Positions 34,245 through 44,932 of a stretch of 64,000 bases of DNA are shown piece after piece. The notes under the pieces were generated by a model. The model had not been told where the DNA came from. It ran no database searches and saw only the letters and a list, made by a program, of their open reading frames with translations. The position numbers and the translations under genes were made by a program. The first letter of the stretch is position 1. Each line of letters starts with the position of its first letter. The stretch spans positions 85,681-149,680 of the forward strand of contig LCCV01000004.1 in assembly GCA_000998135.1 (NCBI GenBank), read 5' to 3'. The DNA is from Parcubacteria group bacterium GW2011_GWA2_42_14. Its GTDB lineage: Bacteria > Patescibacteriota > Minisyncoccia > Sungbacterales > GWA2-42-14.

Positions 34245-35345
34245 ATGATTAAAGTAATAAGCAAAAAAACAAAAAAGCAGGTTAAAAAGAGGGGGTTTCT
34301 TAAGGGAATAAAGGAAAAGGTTTCCAAGACAAGAAAACTGAACGATGCCATGGCCGCGTTAATTAAATTTGAAGAAAATCCCATAATCTCTCCGATTAGA
34401 GAGAATGAATGGGAGTCCTGGCAGACTTTTAATCCGGGGGCGATTCTTTTTGAAGACAGGGTTCACTTTCTTTATCGGGCCATCGGTTCGGACGGCATTT
34501 CCAGGCTGGGGTATGCTTCTTCCGGTAACGGATTTAAAGTTGATAAACGTCTTTCCTATCCGGTATATGAACATCGTCTGTCCGGCCTTTCTTATTTCTA
34601 TTCATCTTCCGGAGGAAGTTTTGGGGGATGCGAGGACCCGCGCCTGACGCGGGTAGGCAATGAAGATATTCTTTATATGACCTATACCGCCTGCGACGGG
34701 GGGTTGGGCGTAGCCCTGACTTCCATAGCCCTTGATGATTTTTTGAGCGAGCGGTGGAAATGGAAAACTCCCGTATTAATTTCCCCGCCGGGAGAAATTC
34801 ATAAAAACTGGGTTATTTTTCCGGAAAAAATTAACGGCCAGTACGCGATTCTTCACAGCGTTTGTCCTGAAATTTCCATAGAGTATCTTGATAATCTGGA
34901 GTTTGCCGGGGGACAGTATATTTACAGCCGTTATCAAAACACTGCCCGAAATAAATGCTGGGATAGTTGGATAAGAGGGGCGGGTCCTCCGCCGATTAAA
35001 ACCAAATACGGCTGGCTTTTGTTCTATCACGCCATTGATAATAGCGACCCCGGCAGATATAAGGTCGGTGCCATGCTTTTGGATTTGGACGACCCGACCA
35101 AAATTTTATATCGTTCGCCAGAGCCGATTTTAGAGCCGGAGGAATTTTATGAAAATCAGGGTTTTAAGGCCGGTGTGGTCTATGCCACCGGAGCGGCAGT
35201 TAAAAATGGAGAACTTTTTGTCTATTACGGCGGTAGTGACAGTTATGCGTGCGTTGCTTCGGCAAATCTGGAAGAGTTTTTGCAAGAGCTCAAAAAAGAA
35301 TTGAAGCCGAAACTTCAAAAGAGGGTGTTAAAAAATAAAAAATGA
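34245..35345 (+). CDS. glycoside hydrolase family 130 (beta-mannoside phosphorylase-like) protein
   Basis: GH130 hallmark GGCEDPRLT. Also WQTFNPGAILFEDRVHFLYRA and a beta-propeller-like layout. Confidence 0.65.
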   Translation: MIKVISKKTKKQVKKRGFLKGIKEKVSKTRKLNDAMAALIKFEENPIISPIRENEWESWQTFNPGAILFEDRVHFLYRAIGSDGISRLGYASSGNGFKVDKRLSYPVYEHRLSGLSYFYSSSGGSFGGCEDPRLTRVGNEDILYMTYTACDGGLGVALTSIALDDFLSERWKWKTPVLISPPGEIHKNWVIFPEKINGQYAILHSVCPEISIEYLDNLEFAGGQYIYSRYQNTARNKCWDSWIRGAGPPPIKTKYGWLLFYHAIDNSDPGRYKVGAMLLDLDDPTKILYRSPEPILEPEEFYENQGFKAGVVYATGAAVKNGELFVYYGGSDSYACVASANLEEFLQELKKELKPKLQKRVLKNKK

Positions 35346-37279
35346 TTGCAAAACGCTCAGAAGAAAATCCGATTCTAGTGCCGGATTCCAAGAGCGCCTG
35401 GGAGGCCGAGGCGGTTTTTAACGGTTGCCCCGCTAAAGTCGGAAAGAATTTTCATTTGCTTTACCGCGCTCAATCTTTGCCGATTTTTGTGTCCGGAAAT
35501 ACTCTGTCAATGTCGTCAATCGGATGCGCCTCCGGTAATGACGGTGTGCATTTTAAAAATCGAAGGCAGTTTATAAAGCCGGAGCAAGAATGGGAGCGCT
35601 TCGGATGCGAGGACCCCCGCGTAACCAGATTCAACGGTAAGTATTACATTTTTTATACCGCTCTTTCCCGATTTCCTTTTTGCGCCGACGGAATAAGGGT
35701 GGGATTGGCTATAACCAAAGATTTTAAAAAAATGGAAGCCAAGCACCAGGTTACCCCTTTTAATTCCAAGGCCATGGCTCTTTTTCCGGAAAGAATCAAC
35801 GGGAAAATGGCTGCCGTTCTTACGGCCAATACCGATAAACCGCCCGCTAAAATCGCTTTGGCGTTTTTTGAGAAAGAAGAGGACATCTGGTCACCTCCAT
35901 ACTGGAAAGCGTGGTATGAAAAACTTGATTCGTATAGTTTGACTTTGGCGCGTTCTGCCCGTGACCATGTTGAGATTGGCGCTCCTCCGATAAAAACAAA
36001 ATACGGCTGGCTGATTTTTTACTCTTACATTAAAAATTATTTTTCTCCGCCGGCGGTTTTTGGAGTGGAAGCGGCTTTGCTTGATCTTAAAAATCCTTTC
36101 AAGATTTTGGGGCGCATCGAAACTTCTCTTTTGATTCCGGAAGAAGAATATGAAAAATACGGCCGCGTTCCCAATATTGTTTTTCCGTCGGGCGCCCTTG
36201 TCAAAGGCAAAAAACTGTATCTTTACTATGGCGCCGCCGATACGGTGGTAAGTTTAGCCGAGCTTAATCTGAAAGACGTATTAAGCGAAATGCTTTCGGA
36301 AAAATTGAGAAAAATTGAAATGGTTCGTTCTCCGTCCAATCCTATTCTCGAACTTAGAGCCGAACATTCGTGGGAAGCCAAAGCGGTTTTCAATCCCGGA
36401 GCAATATATTTGTCCCAAAGGGTCCGCTTGATTTATCGCGCCATGTCTCCGGATAACACTTCTGTTTTTGGATACGCTTCCAGCCGAGATGGCTTTAAAT
36501 TTGATGAAAGAATTTCAGAACCAATTTATGTTCCGCGGGAAAATTTTGAGAAAAAAAATGTTCAAGGGGCAAATTCCGGCTGCGAAGATCCGCGGCTTAC
36601 CATAATCGGTAATATTATTTATATGTGTTATACGGCTTTTGACGGACAAGGGCCGGCCCGGGTGGCTTTGACTTCTATTCGCGTCAGCGATTTCCTTGCC
36701 CAAAAATGGAATTGGGCGAAACCGGTTTTGATTTCTCTTCCGGACATAGATGATAAAGACGCGGCCATATTTCCGGAAAAAATCAAGGGCAAGTACGCTA
36801 TTTTGCATCGTTTGGGAAATGATATCTGGCTTGATTACGCGGATAGCCTTGATTTTGACGGCAAGACATGGCTCAAAGGCGATATTATTATGAGACCGAG
36901 GCCGGGAGAGTTTGATTCCAGAAAAATCGGAATTGCCGGCCCGCCCATAAAAACTGAGGTCGGCTGGCTTCTTTTGTATCACGGTATATCCAAGAAAGAA
37001 AACCGGCATTATCATTTGCGGGCCGCTCTTCTTGGCCTTGACGATCCGTCCAAAGTCATTGCTCGCACAAAATACACGATAATTGAGCCGGAATTTCCTT
37101 ATGAAAAAGAAGGACAAACTCCGAATGTCATTTTTTCCTGCGGAGCGCTGATTTTAGGCGATAAATTATTTATTTATTACGGCGGCGCTGACCAAACGGT
37201 CGGCGTTGCCACATATAATCTTCCGGAATTTCTGGAAAAATTGCTTTGGGAAAAATTGCTGTCAGCGCCCCCAAAATGA
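35342..37279 (+). CDS. tandem double GH130-domain protein
   Basis: Two GH130 modules, each with a GCEDPR motif (FGCEDPRVTRF, SGCEDPRLTII). Start overlaps the stop of the upstream GH130 gene. Confidence 0.65.
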   Translation: MIAKRSEENPILVPDSKSAWEAEAVFNGCPAKVGKNFHLLYRAQSLPIFVSGNTLSMSSIGCASGNDGVHFKNRRQFIKPEQEWERFGCEDPRVTRFNGKYYIFYTALSRFPFCADGIRVGLAITKDFKKMEAKHQVTPFNSKAMALFPERINGKMAAVLTANTDKPPAKIALAFFEKEEDIWSPPYWKAWYEKLDSYSLTLARSARDHVEIGAPPIKTKYGWLIFYSYIKNYFSPPAVFGVEAALLDLKNPFKILGRIETSLLIPEEEYEKYGRVPNIVFPSGALVKGKKLYLYYGAADTVVSLAELNLKDVLSEMLSEKLRKIEMVRSPSNPILELRAEHSWEAKAVFNPGAIYLSQRVRLIYRAMSPDNTSVFGYASSRDGFKFDERISEPIYVPRENFEKKNVQGANSGCEDPRLTIIGNIIYMCYTAFDGQGPARVALTSIRVSDFLAQKWNWAKPVLISLPDIDDKDAAIFPEKIKGKYAILHRLGNDIWLDYADSLDFDGKTWLKGDIIMRPRPGEFDSRKIGIAGPPIKTEVGWLLLYHGISKKENRHYHLRAALLGLDDPSKVIARTKYTIIEPEFPYEKEGQTPNVIFSCGALILGDKLFIYYGGADQTVGVATYNLPEFLEKLLWEKLLSAPPK

Positions 37280-37386
37280 ATATTGCTAAACGCAATTGCG
37301 TATAATTTTGCGTATGAGCGGCGTTTAATTTTGCTTCTATGCTTTAAATAAAATACCGCGCTTGTGTTTGCGCGGCGTCAATAGAA

Positions 37387-38427
37387 CTATTGCAGGCGTT
37401 CCTTGGCCCCCAGAATTTGTCCTTCAATCCATAAAGAAATATTTTTGTGGGGAAGGAGGGTTTTGGGATAAAAAGTACAACCGCAGTTTTCCAGGATTTT
37501 TTTGAGTTCTTCTTCCCTTCCGCCCGGAGCCAAAAGATAGGGGATAACCAAAACATTTTTTCCGGTTTTTTTTTCTTTTTGTATTGCTTCCCGTATTTTT
37601 TCAATTGCCTTATTTCGGATAAATGACGGAGCATCATCTCTGAAAGTAAGGGCAAAAAAATTAGCGCCAGGGAATTCATCGGAAAGGGAAGAAGGATAAA
37701 TGTTTAAGTGAAGCATCCACATTTTGTTGTCGTCTTCGGTAATGGGGCCGTGCGCCAGAAGAAAAATGCTGGTTTTGGAATAGTCGGATATTTTTAGTTC
37801 CTTAATTCTTTCTTCAAGAATTTTCGTTATGCTAATGTCATAATTTATGGCTGAGGCCATAGAATACGGAACAGAAAATTTTACCTGCGTAGTAATATCC
37901 ATTTTATAATCGGTATGGCCGTCGTGTCCGTTGCCGGATTCGTCTCCGGTTTCTTCGCCACCCATCAAAATCCAGAAAAGTACGTCCGGTTCTTCGCGTA
38001 ACCCAAGAAGATATTCAATGTTTCTGTACATTTCGCTATGCGATGAAATAAAAAGCGGAATAACAATAATTGCTTTTACCATTGATTTTTCAAGATTGTT
38101 TATGCCCTGCTGTATTGAATCATATTCTCCCATGCCGAATACAATTTCCTTTTTGAATCTTCCTTGAACGTTCGCCACAGCTTCTTTAATGGCATTGTTC
38201 CATTTAGGACCCGCGCCGTGCGCCAGCACCAAAACCCCTATTTTCGAGTCGTTAAAAGCGTTTAAATCGTTGGCGGATGTTCTGTGCGTAAAAGTAAGGA
38301 ACATTGATAAAATTAGTGTTATAATAATAATAAAGAGAGGTTTTGACAGGTGAAAATTCATGTATTCATACCCTTTTTTATTTTTCAAGGTTCGAGGATA
38401 GCATATATCAAATTTATAAAAGGTCAA
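37387..38427 (-). CDS. secreted CbiX/SirB-like (class II chelatase fold) two-domain protein, putative
   Basis: Signal peptide. Two repeats of the chelatase-like pattern: VLVLAHGAG…IIVIPLFISSHSEMYRNI and IFLLAHGPI…VLVIPYLLAPGGREEEL. Confidence 0.45.
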   Translation of the reverse strand: MTFYKFDICYPRTLKNKKGYEYMNFHLSKPLFIIIITLILSMFLTFTHRTSANDLNAFNDSKIGVLVLAHGAGPKWNNAIKEAVANVQGRFKKEIVFGMGEYDSIQQGINNLEKSMVKAIIVIPLFISSHSEMYRNIEYLLGLREEPDVLFWILMGGEETGDESGNGHDGHTDYKMDITTQVKFSVPYSMASAINYDISITKILEERIKELKISDYSKTSIFLLAHGPITEDDNKMWMLHLNIYPSSLSDEFPGANFFALTFRDDAPSFIRNKAIEKIREAIQKEKKTGKNVLVIPYLLAPGGREEELKKILENCGCTFYPKTLLPHKNISLWIEGQILGAKERLQ

Positions 38428-38444
38428 TTTTTCAATGAGTAATA

Positions 38445-38540
38445 GTCATTCCGAGCGTAAGCGAGGAATTTTCGGTTTAGCGACACTCAGTATTGCTAAA
38501 AAATCGGCCGTAAGAGATTCTTCATTTTATTCAGAATGAC
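38445..38540. repeat. hairpin repeat family A copy
   Basis: gtcattccgagcg…gagattcttc…ttcagaatgac. Confidence 0.65.
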
Positions 38541-38548
38541 ACAGCGCA

Positions 38549-39670
38549 ATGAATAAAAATCTAATTTTTTTTCTGATTGTAATCGGTATTTTTGCCGCCG
38601 GGCTTGGTTATAGATATTTAAGCGTTTCCGGTGTTGCTCAAAAAATTTATGTGGCTGTTGAGGGCGACGGAAAAATCGCGGTTATTGACCAGAATACCCG
38701 GAAAGTTATCCGGAACATTGATTTGTCAACTGACCACGAAGGAGGAAAATTATTTTTCGCGCCCCATAATGTCCAGGTAAGTCCTGACCAAAAAAGCGTA
38801 TGGGTAACGGCTAATGTTGGCGATCATCAGGATCATGCGGCCTTTTTTGTTGAACAAGTTTTAGCGCACGGAGAAGAAGAGGAGGAAACAATTGGGGAGC
38901 CGGATGAAGTCATTGTCATTAACCCGGAAAATGACCGCATCGTAAAACGCATTCAAATTAAAGCAGGAATACATCTTGCCCATGTTGTTTTAACGCCGGA
39001 CTCAAAATTAGCTTATGCTACGGCGCAGGAGGAAAGCGTTATATACAAGATTGATGCCTTAACTTATGAGATTGTAAAACGGATTGAAGCTGCGGAAAAA
39101 AGCGAGCCGCATGGAATAAGGATTTCTTCAGACGGTTTATTTCTTTATGCCGCAATGCTGGCAGGAAAAAGTCTCGGCATTGTTGATTTAAAAACTGATA
39201 CTTTTTCAGAAATTCCTCTAGGGGGACAAGCAGTACAGACAGGGGTAACACCGGATGGCAAATTTGTTGTTGTTTCGCTTTATGACACAAAACAACTGGC
39301 GGTTTACAGTGTTGAAACCAAGTCGTTAAGTTTTGTAAAATTGCCAGAAAGTTCCATGGGCCCGATTCAAATGTATCCTACGCCGGATTCAAAGTTTATT
39401 TATCTTGCTGACCAGGGGTATTATTTCGAACAGCCGTCAAGCCAATGGGTTTATAAAATTGAACTTGCTTCGGGCCGTGTTGTGAAAGAAGTCAAAGCCG
39501 GCAGCGCTCCCCACGGCGTAGTTGTTTCCAATGACGGAAATTTTGTTTATGTAACCAATCTTTTGAGCGATGATGTTTCGGTGATTGATACGGCCAAGGA
39601 TGAAGAAGTTGGCCGCATTAAGGTCGGAAAGTTTCCTAATGGAATCAGCACTTGGACAAAAAATAAATAA
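38549..39670 (+). CDS. YVTN-family beta-propeller repeat protein, membrane anchored
   Basis: N-terminal transmembrane segment. Repeated ~40-residue units, including the diagnostic YVTNLLSDDVSVID and a preceding YAAM…/YLAD… series. Confidence 0.55.
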   Translation: MNKNLIFFLIVIGIFAAGLGYRYLSVSGVAQKIYVAVEGDGKIAVIDQNTRKVIRNIDLSTDHEGGKLFFAPHNVQVSPDQKSVWVTANVGDHQDHAAFFVEQVLAHGEEEEETIGEPDEVIVINPENDRIVKRIQIKAGIHLAHVVLTPDSKLAYATAQEESVIYKIDALTYEIVKRIEAAEKSEPHGIRISSDGLFLYAAMLAGKSLGIVDLKTDTFSEIPLGGQAVQTGVTPDGKFVVVSLYDTKQLAVYSVETKSLSFVKLPESSMGPIQMYPTPDSKFIYLADQGYYFEQPSSQWVYKIELASGRVVKEVKAGSAPHGVVVSNDGNFVYVTNLLSDDVSVIDTAKDEEVGRIKVGKFPNGISTWTKNK

Positions 39671-39743
39671 TGCGCCGTCTTTGGTCGAGGGCGGCAAATT
39701 CATTATTAAATTAGAGATTGATTAGTGATAAATACAAAAAAAT

Positions 39744-40154
39744 ATGAACAATTTAAAAACCATAGAATGGATTTTGCGAATTGCCGTTGCCGGAGAATTT
39801 TTAGGACATGGCGTATTCGCGCTTCAGGGTAGAAAGGCGTGGGTCGAATGGTTTTCAATTTTTGGCATCTCCGATGTTCAGACCGCAACAACGCTCTTGT
39901 GGCTGCTCGGTTCATTGGATATTCTTATGGCCATTCTTATTTTGGTTAGGCCCGTACGTTTAGTTCTTCTCTGGATGGCTTTTTGGGGATTTTGGACGGC
40001 ACTTATGCGTCCCATTGCCGGTGACTCAATTTTTGAATTCGTGGAGAGATGGGCCAACTGGGGAGCTCCTTTGGCTTTGTTTTTTCTTTATGGCTGGCCA
40101 AAATGCCTTAAGGGCTGGTTTTGGAAACAGAGATGCGAGGAAAATACTGTTTAA
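39744..40154 (+). CDS. DoxX-like small membrane protein
   Basis: 136 aa. 4 transmembrane segments. N-terminal pattern similar to DoxX (…LRIAVAGEFLGHGVFAL…). Confidence 0.45.
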   Translation: MNNLKTIEWILRIAVAGEFLGHGVFALQGRKAWVEWFSIFGISDVQTATTLLWLLGSLDILMAILILVRPVRLVLLWMAFWGFWTALMRPIAGDSIFEFVERWANWGAPLALFFLYGWPKCLKGWFWKQRCEENTV

Positions 40155-40174
40155 TCAAAAAGTTAATTAAACCG

Positions 40175-40211
40175 ATTAAGTGAATTAAGCGGGTTAAGCT
40201 TAATTCACTTA
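40175..40211. promoter_or_regulatory. 15-bp inverted repeat ttaagtgaattaagc-N7-gcttaattcacttaa upstream of efflux operon
   Basis: Read directly. Lies ~55 nt upstream of the membrane fusion protein gene start. Confidence 0.45.
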
Positions 40212-40267
40212 ACTTGCCTAACATGCTTGTTTAGGATTTTTGTGCTTGAAAGCGCTGCAATCATTTT

Positions 40268-41860
40268 ATGAATAAGATTAAATACATAATTGTTTTTATT
40301 ATCATTATTGGTGCGTGGGTTGCCTGGTATTATTTTTGGGGCAGGGAAAAACCTCTTGATTATGAAACTGTTAGCGCAAAACTCGGCAATATCAGTCAGG
40401 AAATAAATGTTACAGGAAAAATTATACCCTTGGACAAGGTGGAACTTGCTTTTGAAAAAGGCGGAAGAATAGTAAAAATAAATGCCGATGTCGGAGATAC
40501 CGTGTCCCGCGGCTGGATTCTGGCCGAACTTGATAATTCCGAACTTTTGGCAGAAATATCCCAGAAAAAATCGCAGGTTAAGGCCGAAGAAGCGCGTCTG
40601 GAAGAATTGAAAAGAGGAAGCCGTCCGGAAGAATTGAAAATATTGGAAGTAAAAGTTGAAAATGCCAAGGCCCTGCTTGAAGACGCTGAAAAAAATATGA
40701 TTGATAAAATTCAGGATTCTTATACCAAATCCGATGATGCCATAAGAAATAAAATTGACCAGCTTTACTCAAATCCCAGAACCAAATCTCCTACCCTGAC
40801 TGTTTATGACCCCGGCGCTTATCAAACCCGCCAAGAACTGGAAACCGGCAGGGTTGTTATTGAAGGTATTTTGGTAGAATGGAATTCCGAATTGGCGGGA
40901 CTCGTATCTTCTCAAGATTTGTCTCCCGCTCTTTTAAATGCCAAAACAAGAATCGGGGAAATAAATAAGTTTCTTGAAAAAATCGCGCTTTTAGTAAACG
41001 GTTTGACTCCGAGTTCTTCTCTTTCCCAGACAACTATTAATACTTATCGTTCCGATACGGCAACGGCAAGAGCCAATGTCAATACCGCGTTGGGAAATTT
41101 AACATCCGCGGATGAGAAAATGCGTTCGGCCAAATCCGCGGTGGTGCTTGCCGAAAATGAGCTTTTTTTGAAACAGGTCGGCGCTGCCGTTGAAACAATT
41201 TCTGCCAAAGAAGCGGAGTTGGAATACGCCCAGGCAAGTGTGGCAAGCGTTTTGGCACAGCTGCAAAAATTAGTTCTTCGCTCACCAATAAATGGGATTG
41301 TTTCAGGAACTTTTGCTAAAATCGGAGAAATTATCGCGGCCAATAAAGTCATTTTTTCTCTTATTTCCGACAACGAAGCTGAAGTCGAAGCGAATATTCC
41401 TGAAGTGGATATTGCCAAAATAAAAAAAGGGGATACGGCATTGATTACACTGGACGCTTACGGAGTTGATACGGAATTTGAGGCGGAACTTGGCATGATT
41501 GACCCGGCAGAAACAATTATTGAAGGCGTCGCGACTTATCGCGCGACATTTCAATTTCTTGTCCCGAGGACTTCGAGTGATCCTCAGTCGAACTCCGGAG
41601 TCGAGGGGGTGAAAAAAGACGGGCGCATTAAACCGGGCATGACCGCCAATATTAGCGTTAAGGGGCCGTCCAGAGAGAATGTTTTAGTTCTTCCACAGCG
41701 CGCCGTAATTTCTAAAAACGGAAATAGATTTGTCAGGGTTCTTAATGGCAAAGAAATCTTTGAAACGGAGATAAAAACCGGATTAAGGGGTTCGGATGGC
41801 AATGTGGAAATAACGGAAGGGTTGAAAGACGGGGACATAGTAATTTTGTTTCAAAAGTAG
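40268..41860 (+). CDS. efflux membrane fusion protein (HlyD/MacA-type periplasmic adaptor)
   Basis: N-terminal transmembrane segment. Biotinyl-lipoyl-like half-motifs (GKIIPLDKVELAF…, ITLDAYG). Long coiled-coil middle. C-terminal beta-barrel (GMTANISV). Followed by a MacB-type ATPase. Confidence 0.7.
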   Translation: MNKIKYIIVFIIIIGAWVAWYYFWGREKPLDYETVSAKLGNISQEINVTGKIIPLDKVELAFEKGGRIVKINADVGDTVSRGWILAELDNSELLAEISQKKSQVKAEEARLEELKRGSRPEELKILEVKVENAKALLEDAEKNMIDKIQDSYTKSDDAIRNKIDQLYSNPRTKSPTLTVYDPGAYQTRQELETGRVVIEGILVEWNSELAGLVSSQDLSPALLNAKTRIGEINKFLEKIALLVNGLTPSSSLSQTTINTYRSDTATARANVNTALGNLTSADEKMRSAKSAVVLAENELFLKQVGAAVETISAKEAELEYAQASVASVLAQLQKLVLRSPINGIVSGTFAKIGEIIAANKVIFSLISDNEAEVEANIPEVDIAKIKKGDTALITLDAYGVDTEFEAELGMIDPAETIIEGVATYRATFQFLVPRTSSDPQSNSGVEGVKKDGRIKPGMTANISVKGPSRENVLVLPQRAVISKNGNRFVRVLNGKEIFETEIKTGLRGSDGNVEITEGLKDGDIVILFQK

Positions 41861-41878
41861 TTAGAGACTATTTTAAAA

Positions 41879-41982
41879 GTCATTCTGAGGTAACAACCGA
41901 AGAATCTCAATCTGCGAAAATACTAATTTTTGAGATTCTTCACGGAGTTTACACTGAGCGAAGCGAATGTGTTCAGAATGAC
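41879..41982. repeat. hairpin repeat family A copy
   Basis: gtcattctgagg…gagattcttcac…gagcgaagcgaatgtgttcagaatgac. Confidence 0.65.
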
Positions 41983-42029
41983 GAAAAATAATTTTTGAAA
42001 CTTTTTAGACAGTCTTTTAGGCAACTTTT

Positions 42030-42749
42030 ATGGAATTAATAGAAATCCAGGATTTAAAAAAAATATACGGCGAAGGGGAAATGGAAACATCGGCGCTTGC
42101 CGGAATAAGTTTAAAAATAGCTAAAGGAGAATTCGTCGCGGTTATGGGGCCATCCGGCTCCGGCAAATCAACGCTTCTTCACATTCTTGGTTTTCTTGAC
42201 AGGCCCACTTCCGGCCTTTATTTTTTTGACGGCAAAAACATGCTTGATTACTCGGATGAGGAACTGGCGCGATTGAGAAATAAGAAGATGGGTTTTATAT
42301 TTCAGGCCTTTAATCTTCTTCCCCGGACATCCGTCTTGGAAAACGTAAAACTTCCGCTTATTTATTCCGATATCGCGTTAACGGAATGGAACGCGCTTGC
42401 GGAGTCGGCTATTGAGAAAGTTGGCTTAACTCACCGGATTCATCATCAGCCATCCCAGCTTTCCGGAGGAGAAAAACAAAGAGTTGCCATTGCCAGAGCT
42501 TTGGTTTTAAATCCACTGGTAATTTTCGCGGATGAGCCCACCGGCAATCTTGATTCAAAATCCGGCGGACAAGTTATGGAAGCGATTGCAAAGCTTCATG
42601 AGGACGGACATACTATTATATTGATTACACATGAGACCTATACCGCCGCCTATGCCCAAAGAATAATAGAACTTAAAGACGGCCTGATTGAAAAAGTTCG
42701 GTCTGTTTCGGAGCGTCACCGCACTTTTGACCATCAATTTATTAAATGA
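42030..42749 (+). CDS. MacB/LolD-type ABC transporter ATP-binding protein
   Basis: Walker [13 protein letters not shown]-loop. Signature [15 protein letters not shown]. Walker [13 protein letters not shown]-loop ILITHE. Confidence 0.8.
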   Translation: MELIEIQDLKKIYGEGEMETSALAGISLKIAKGEFVAVMGPSGSGKSTLLHILGFLDRPTSGLYFFDGKNMLDYSDEELARLRNKKMGFIFQAFNLLPRTSVLENVKLPLIYSDIALTEWNALAESAIEKVGLTHRIHHQPSQLSGGEKQRVAIARALVLNPLVIFADEPTGNLDSKSGGQVMEAIAKLHEDGHTIILITHETYTAAYAQRIIELKDGLIEKVRSVSERHRTFDHQFIK

Positions 42750-42750
42750 T

Positions 42751-42903
42751 TTTGTTTTGCGAAGGCGTCTGCTTAATTGTCATTTGAATACTTTGAGAAA
42801 TTGGGATAATAATGGATTTCTGAAAGCGATTCGTTTCGGCACGCGAGGCGACCGAAGATATAAAAAAGAAGATATATTAAAATGTTTAAGAAAACGTATT
42901 TAA
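42751..42903 (+). CDS. small excisionase/HTH_17-like DNA-binding protein, putative (start uncertain)
   Basis: C-terminal LRNWDNNGFLKAIRFGTRGDRRYKKEDILKCLRK resembles excisionase-family HTH (…G.lpa.k.G.r.yRf..edi..wl). The ORF overlaps the ATPase 3' end. No ATG found, so a TTG start is assumed. Confidence 0.3.
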   Translation, partial: FVLRRRLLNCHLNTLRNWDNNGFLKAIRFGTRGDRRYKKEDILKCLRKRI

Positions 42904-42912
42904 CAAAAAAAC

Positions 42913-43416
42913 ATGATTCCCAAAGAGAACAACTTTGCATTTATAGACAGCCAAAATGTGTACAAAGGGACACGGCGGGATTTAGGTTGGGAATTGGACT
43001 GGGTCCGTTTTCGTGTGTATTTGAAACACAAGTACGACATCACTAACGCTTATTTGTTTATCGGCTTTATGCCGGAACATAACGACATTTATGATGAACT
43101 CCAAAAAGCAGGATTTATTTTGAAATTTAAGCCCGTATTGCCCAACGGAAAAGACGGCGTGAAAGGAAACATTGATGCTGACCTGGTATTACAAGCCATG
43201 ATTGACTATCCAAACTACGACAAAGCAGTAATTGTTTCCAGCGACGGTGATTTCTATTCACTTGCCCGCCACTTGTACGATAACAAAAAACTTTTGGCGG
43301 TTTTAAGTCCGCACCGGAAAACATGCTCGTCTCTTTTAAGAAAATCGGCAAAGGACAAAATGGTCTATATGGACAATCTAGAAAACAAGCTATCAAAAAG
43401 AAAAAGCACCGCGTAG
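42913..43416 (+). CDS. NYN/LabA-like domain protein
   Basis: FAFIDSQNVYKG…GNIDADLVLQAM…AVIVSSDGDFYSL matches the NYN (LabA) catalytic-residue pattern. Confidence 0.6.
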   Translation: MIPKENNFAFIDSQNVYKGTRRDLGWELDWVRFRVYLKHKYDITNAYLFIGFMPEHNDIYDELQKAGFILKFKPVLPNGKDGVKGNIDADLVLQAMIDYPNYDKAVIVSSDGDFYSLARHLYDNKKLLAVLSPHRKTCSSLLRKSAKDKMVYMDNLENKLSKRKSTA

Positions 43417-43614
43417 GGACGGAACCCATACGAAGTGCTTTTTCATAGGAATACTTAAAGTATAGCAAGTACTTGCCAAAAGTCAATAGTTTTATCAACA
43501 CCTCCAACAAATATCCGATAAAATCCGTATATATATAACCAAAAATATCCGATAATATGGCTAATTTATCCGGGGTTTGGTTTAACAGAAAAAATTAAAT
43601 TAAAAAGTTAAAAC

Positions 43615-44157
43615 ATGAAAGACATAGACAATTTATATTATGACGCCATGGAATTGCTTGACGACGGGCGAAGCGGAGCGAAAAAAGCGGAGAAATTACT
43701 TTTGAAAGCGGTTGCAATAGACCCGCATAGCCCGCAAACATATATTGGACTAGTTCAAATTTATGGAGTTATCAAAAATAAAAAGAAAATAGAGGAGTGC
43801 GTTAAAAAAGCTTATACTGAAACAGTCAAAAAAATTCCAGTTTGGCCGAAGACAATGTTTTGGGGCGATATGGACAATCGAGCGTATATGAGGGCTGTTC
43901 AATATCGGGCTGACCCTTATGCTGATAAAGGAGAAAAGGAGAAAGCCATAGAATTATATAGACTGCTTTTGCGGTTGAATCCGAATGACAATCAAGGCGT
44001 CAGATATACTCTTTCCGGGGTATACGCCGGTATTGGCGGTGAAAAAATAAATGAAATGTTTGACGAAGGAAACGCAAAACAAAATTGGGATAAGCTGGAA
44101 AATTTAGTAAAAGAGCAAAACACCAAACACAAATTTTGGAAAGAACCAAAATATTAG
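43615..44157 (+). CDS. hypothetical TPR-like helical protein
   Basis: Helical repeats (AEKLLLKAVAIDPHSPQTYIGL…, AIELYRLLLRLNPNDNQG). Confidence 0.4.
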   Translation: MKDIDNLYYDAMELLDDGRSGAKKAEKLLLKAVAIDPHSPQTYIGLVQIYGVIKNKKKIEECVKKAYTETVKKIPVWPKTMFWGDMDNRAYMRAVQYRADPYADKGEKEKAIELYRLLLRLNPNDNQGVRYTLSGVYAGIGGEKINEMFDEGNAKQNWDKLENLVKEQNTKHKFWKEPKY

Positions 44158-44686
44158 AATATAAACCCCATTCAGCCGAAATTCTGCAGGAATAAGTCGC
44201 GCGGCGGATTGTCAGCCGGGGGTGGAAATAGATTTGCTTTTAAATTTAAATTGCGTTATCGTTAGAATTTTGTATGACGATATTTCTAGATTTAAACTCA
44301 CAGAAAGTTCTGTGGTTTAATTTCATCATACTTTCCCTGAGTATAATTTAAGTGGTAGCGAACTTGCTGTTGCTTGGACGGCCCATATTTCTGAACAAAT
44401 GGGATATAATCCTTGGGTTATAATTCATCCTGATGAAAAAAAACTCATAGAATTTTGCACAAACAAGAGGTTGACTTTTACTGTTTAAGCGATCGAAAAA
44501 ATGGTAATATGCCACAGAATGTGCAAGAAATTATCAGTAGTGTAATTTCCAACAAAAACGGCGTAGAAACTCAGATAATTTCAAGTAGTGATTATTCGTA
44601 ATTTTCTACCTCAATTTAGCTAAAACCAAGAAACCAGCTCTATGTAGTTGGTTTTTTGAGGTAAAATATGTGATAATAGAATAACT

Positions 44687-44932
44687 ATGCCCTCTTTAAA
44701 CTGGATAGGAAAAGAGAAAATTGTGAATCACGATAAGGATGTGCCGTTTCGGCTGATGCGAAAGAATAAGAAATACTCGCTTGGGGAAAGCGAGAATTTA
44801 ATTTTGGAGGGGGATAATTTGGGGGCATTAAAGGCATTGGTGCCTTTTTATTATGGAAAAATAAAATGTATTTATATTGATCCACAGAAGAATAGTACTG
44901 ATAGCGTTATTAATAAAGTTTCTAAATTATAA
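44687..44932 (+). pseudogene. N-terminal remnant of an N6-adenine/N4-cytosine DNA methyltransferase (Type III Mod / Type II beta-class like)
   Basis: LNWIGKEKIV…NLILEGDNLGALKALVPFYYGKIKCIYIDPQKNS corresponds to the conserved N-terminus of Mod methylases (…NLLIxGDNLxALKxL…IDLIYIDPPYNTG). The DPPY motif is degenerated to DPQK and the ORF stops after 81 aa. Confidence 0.5.
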
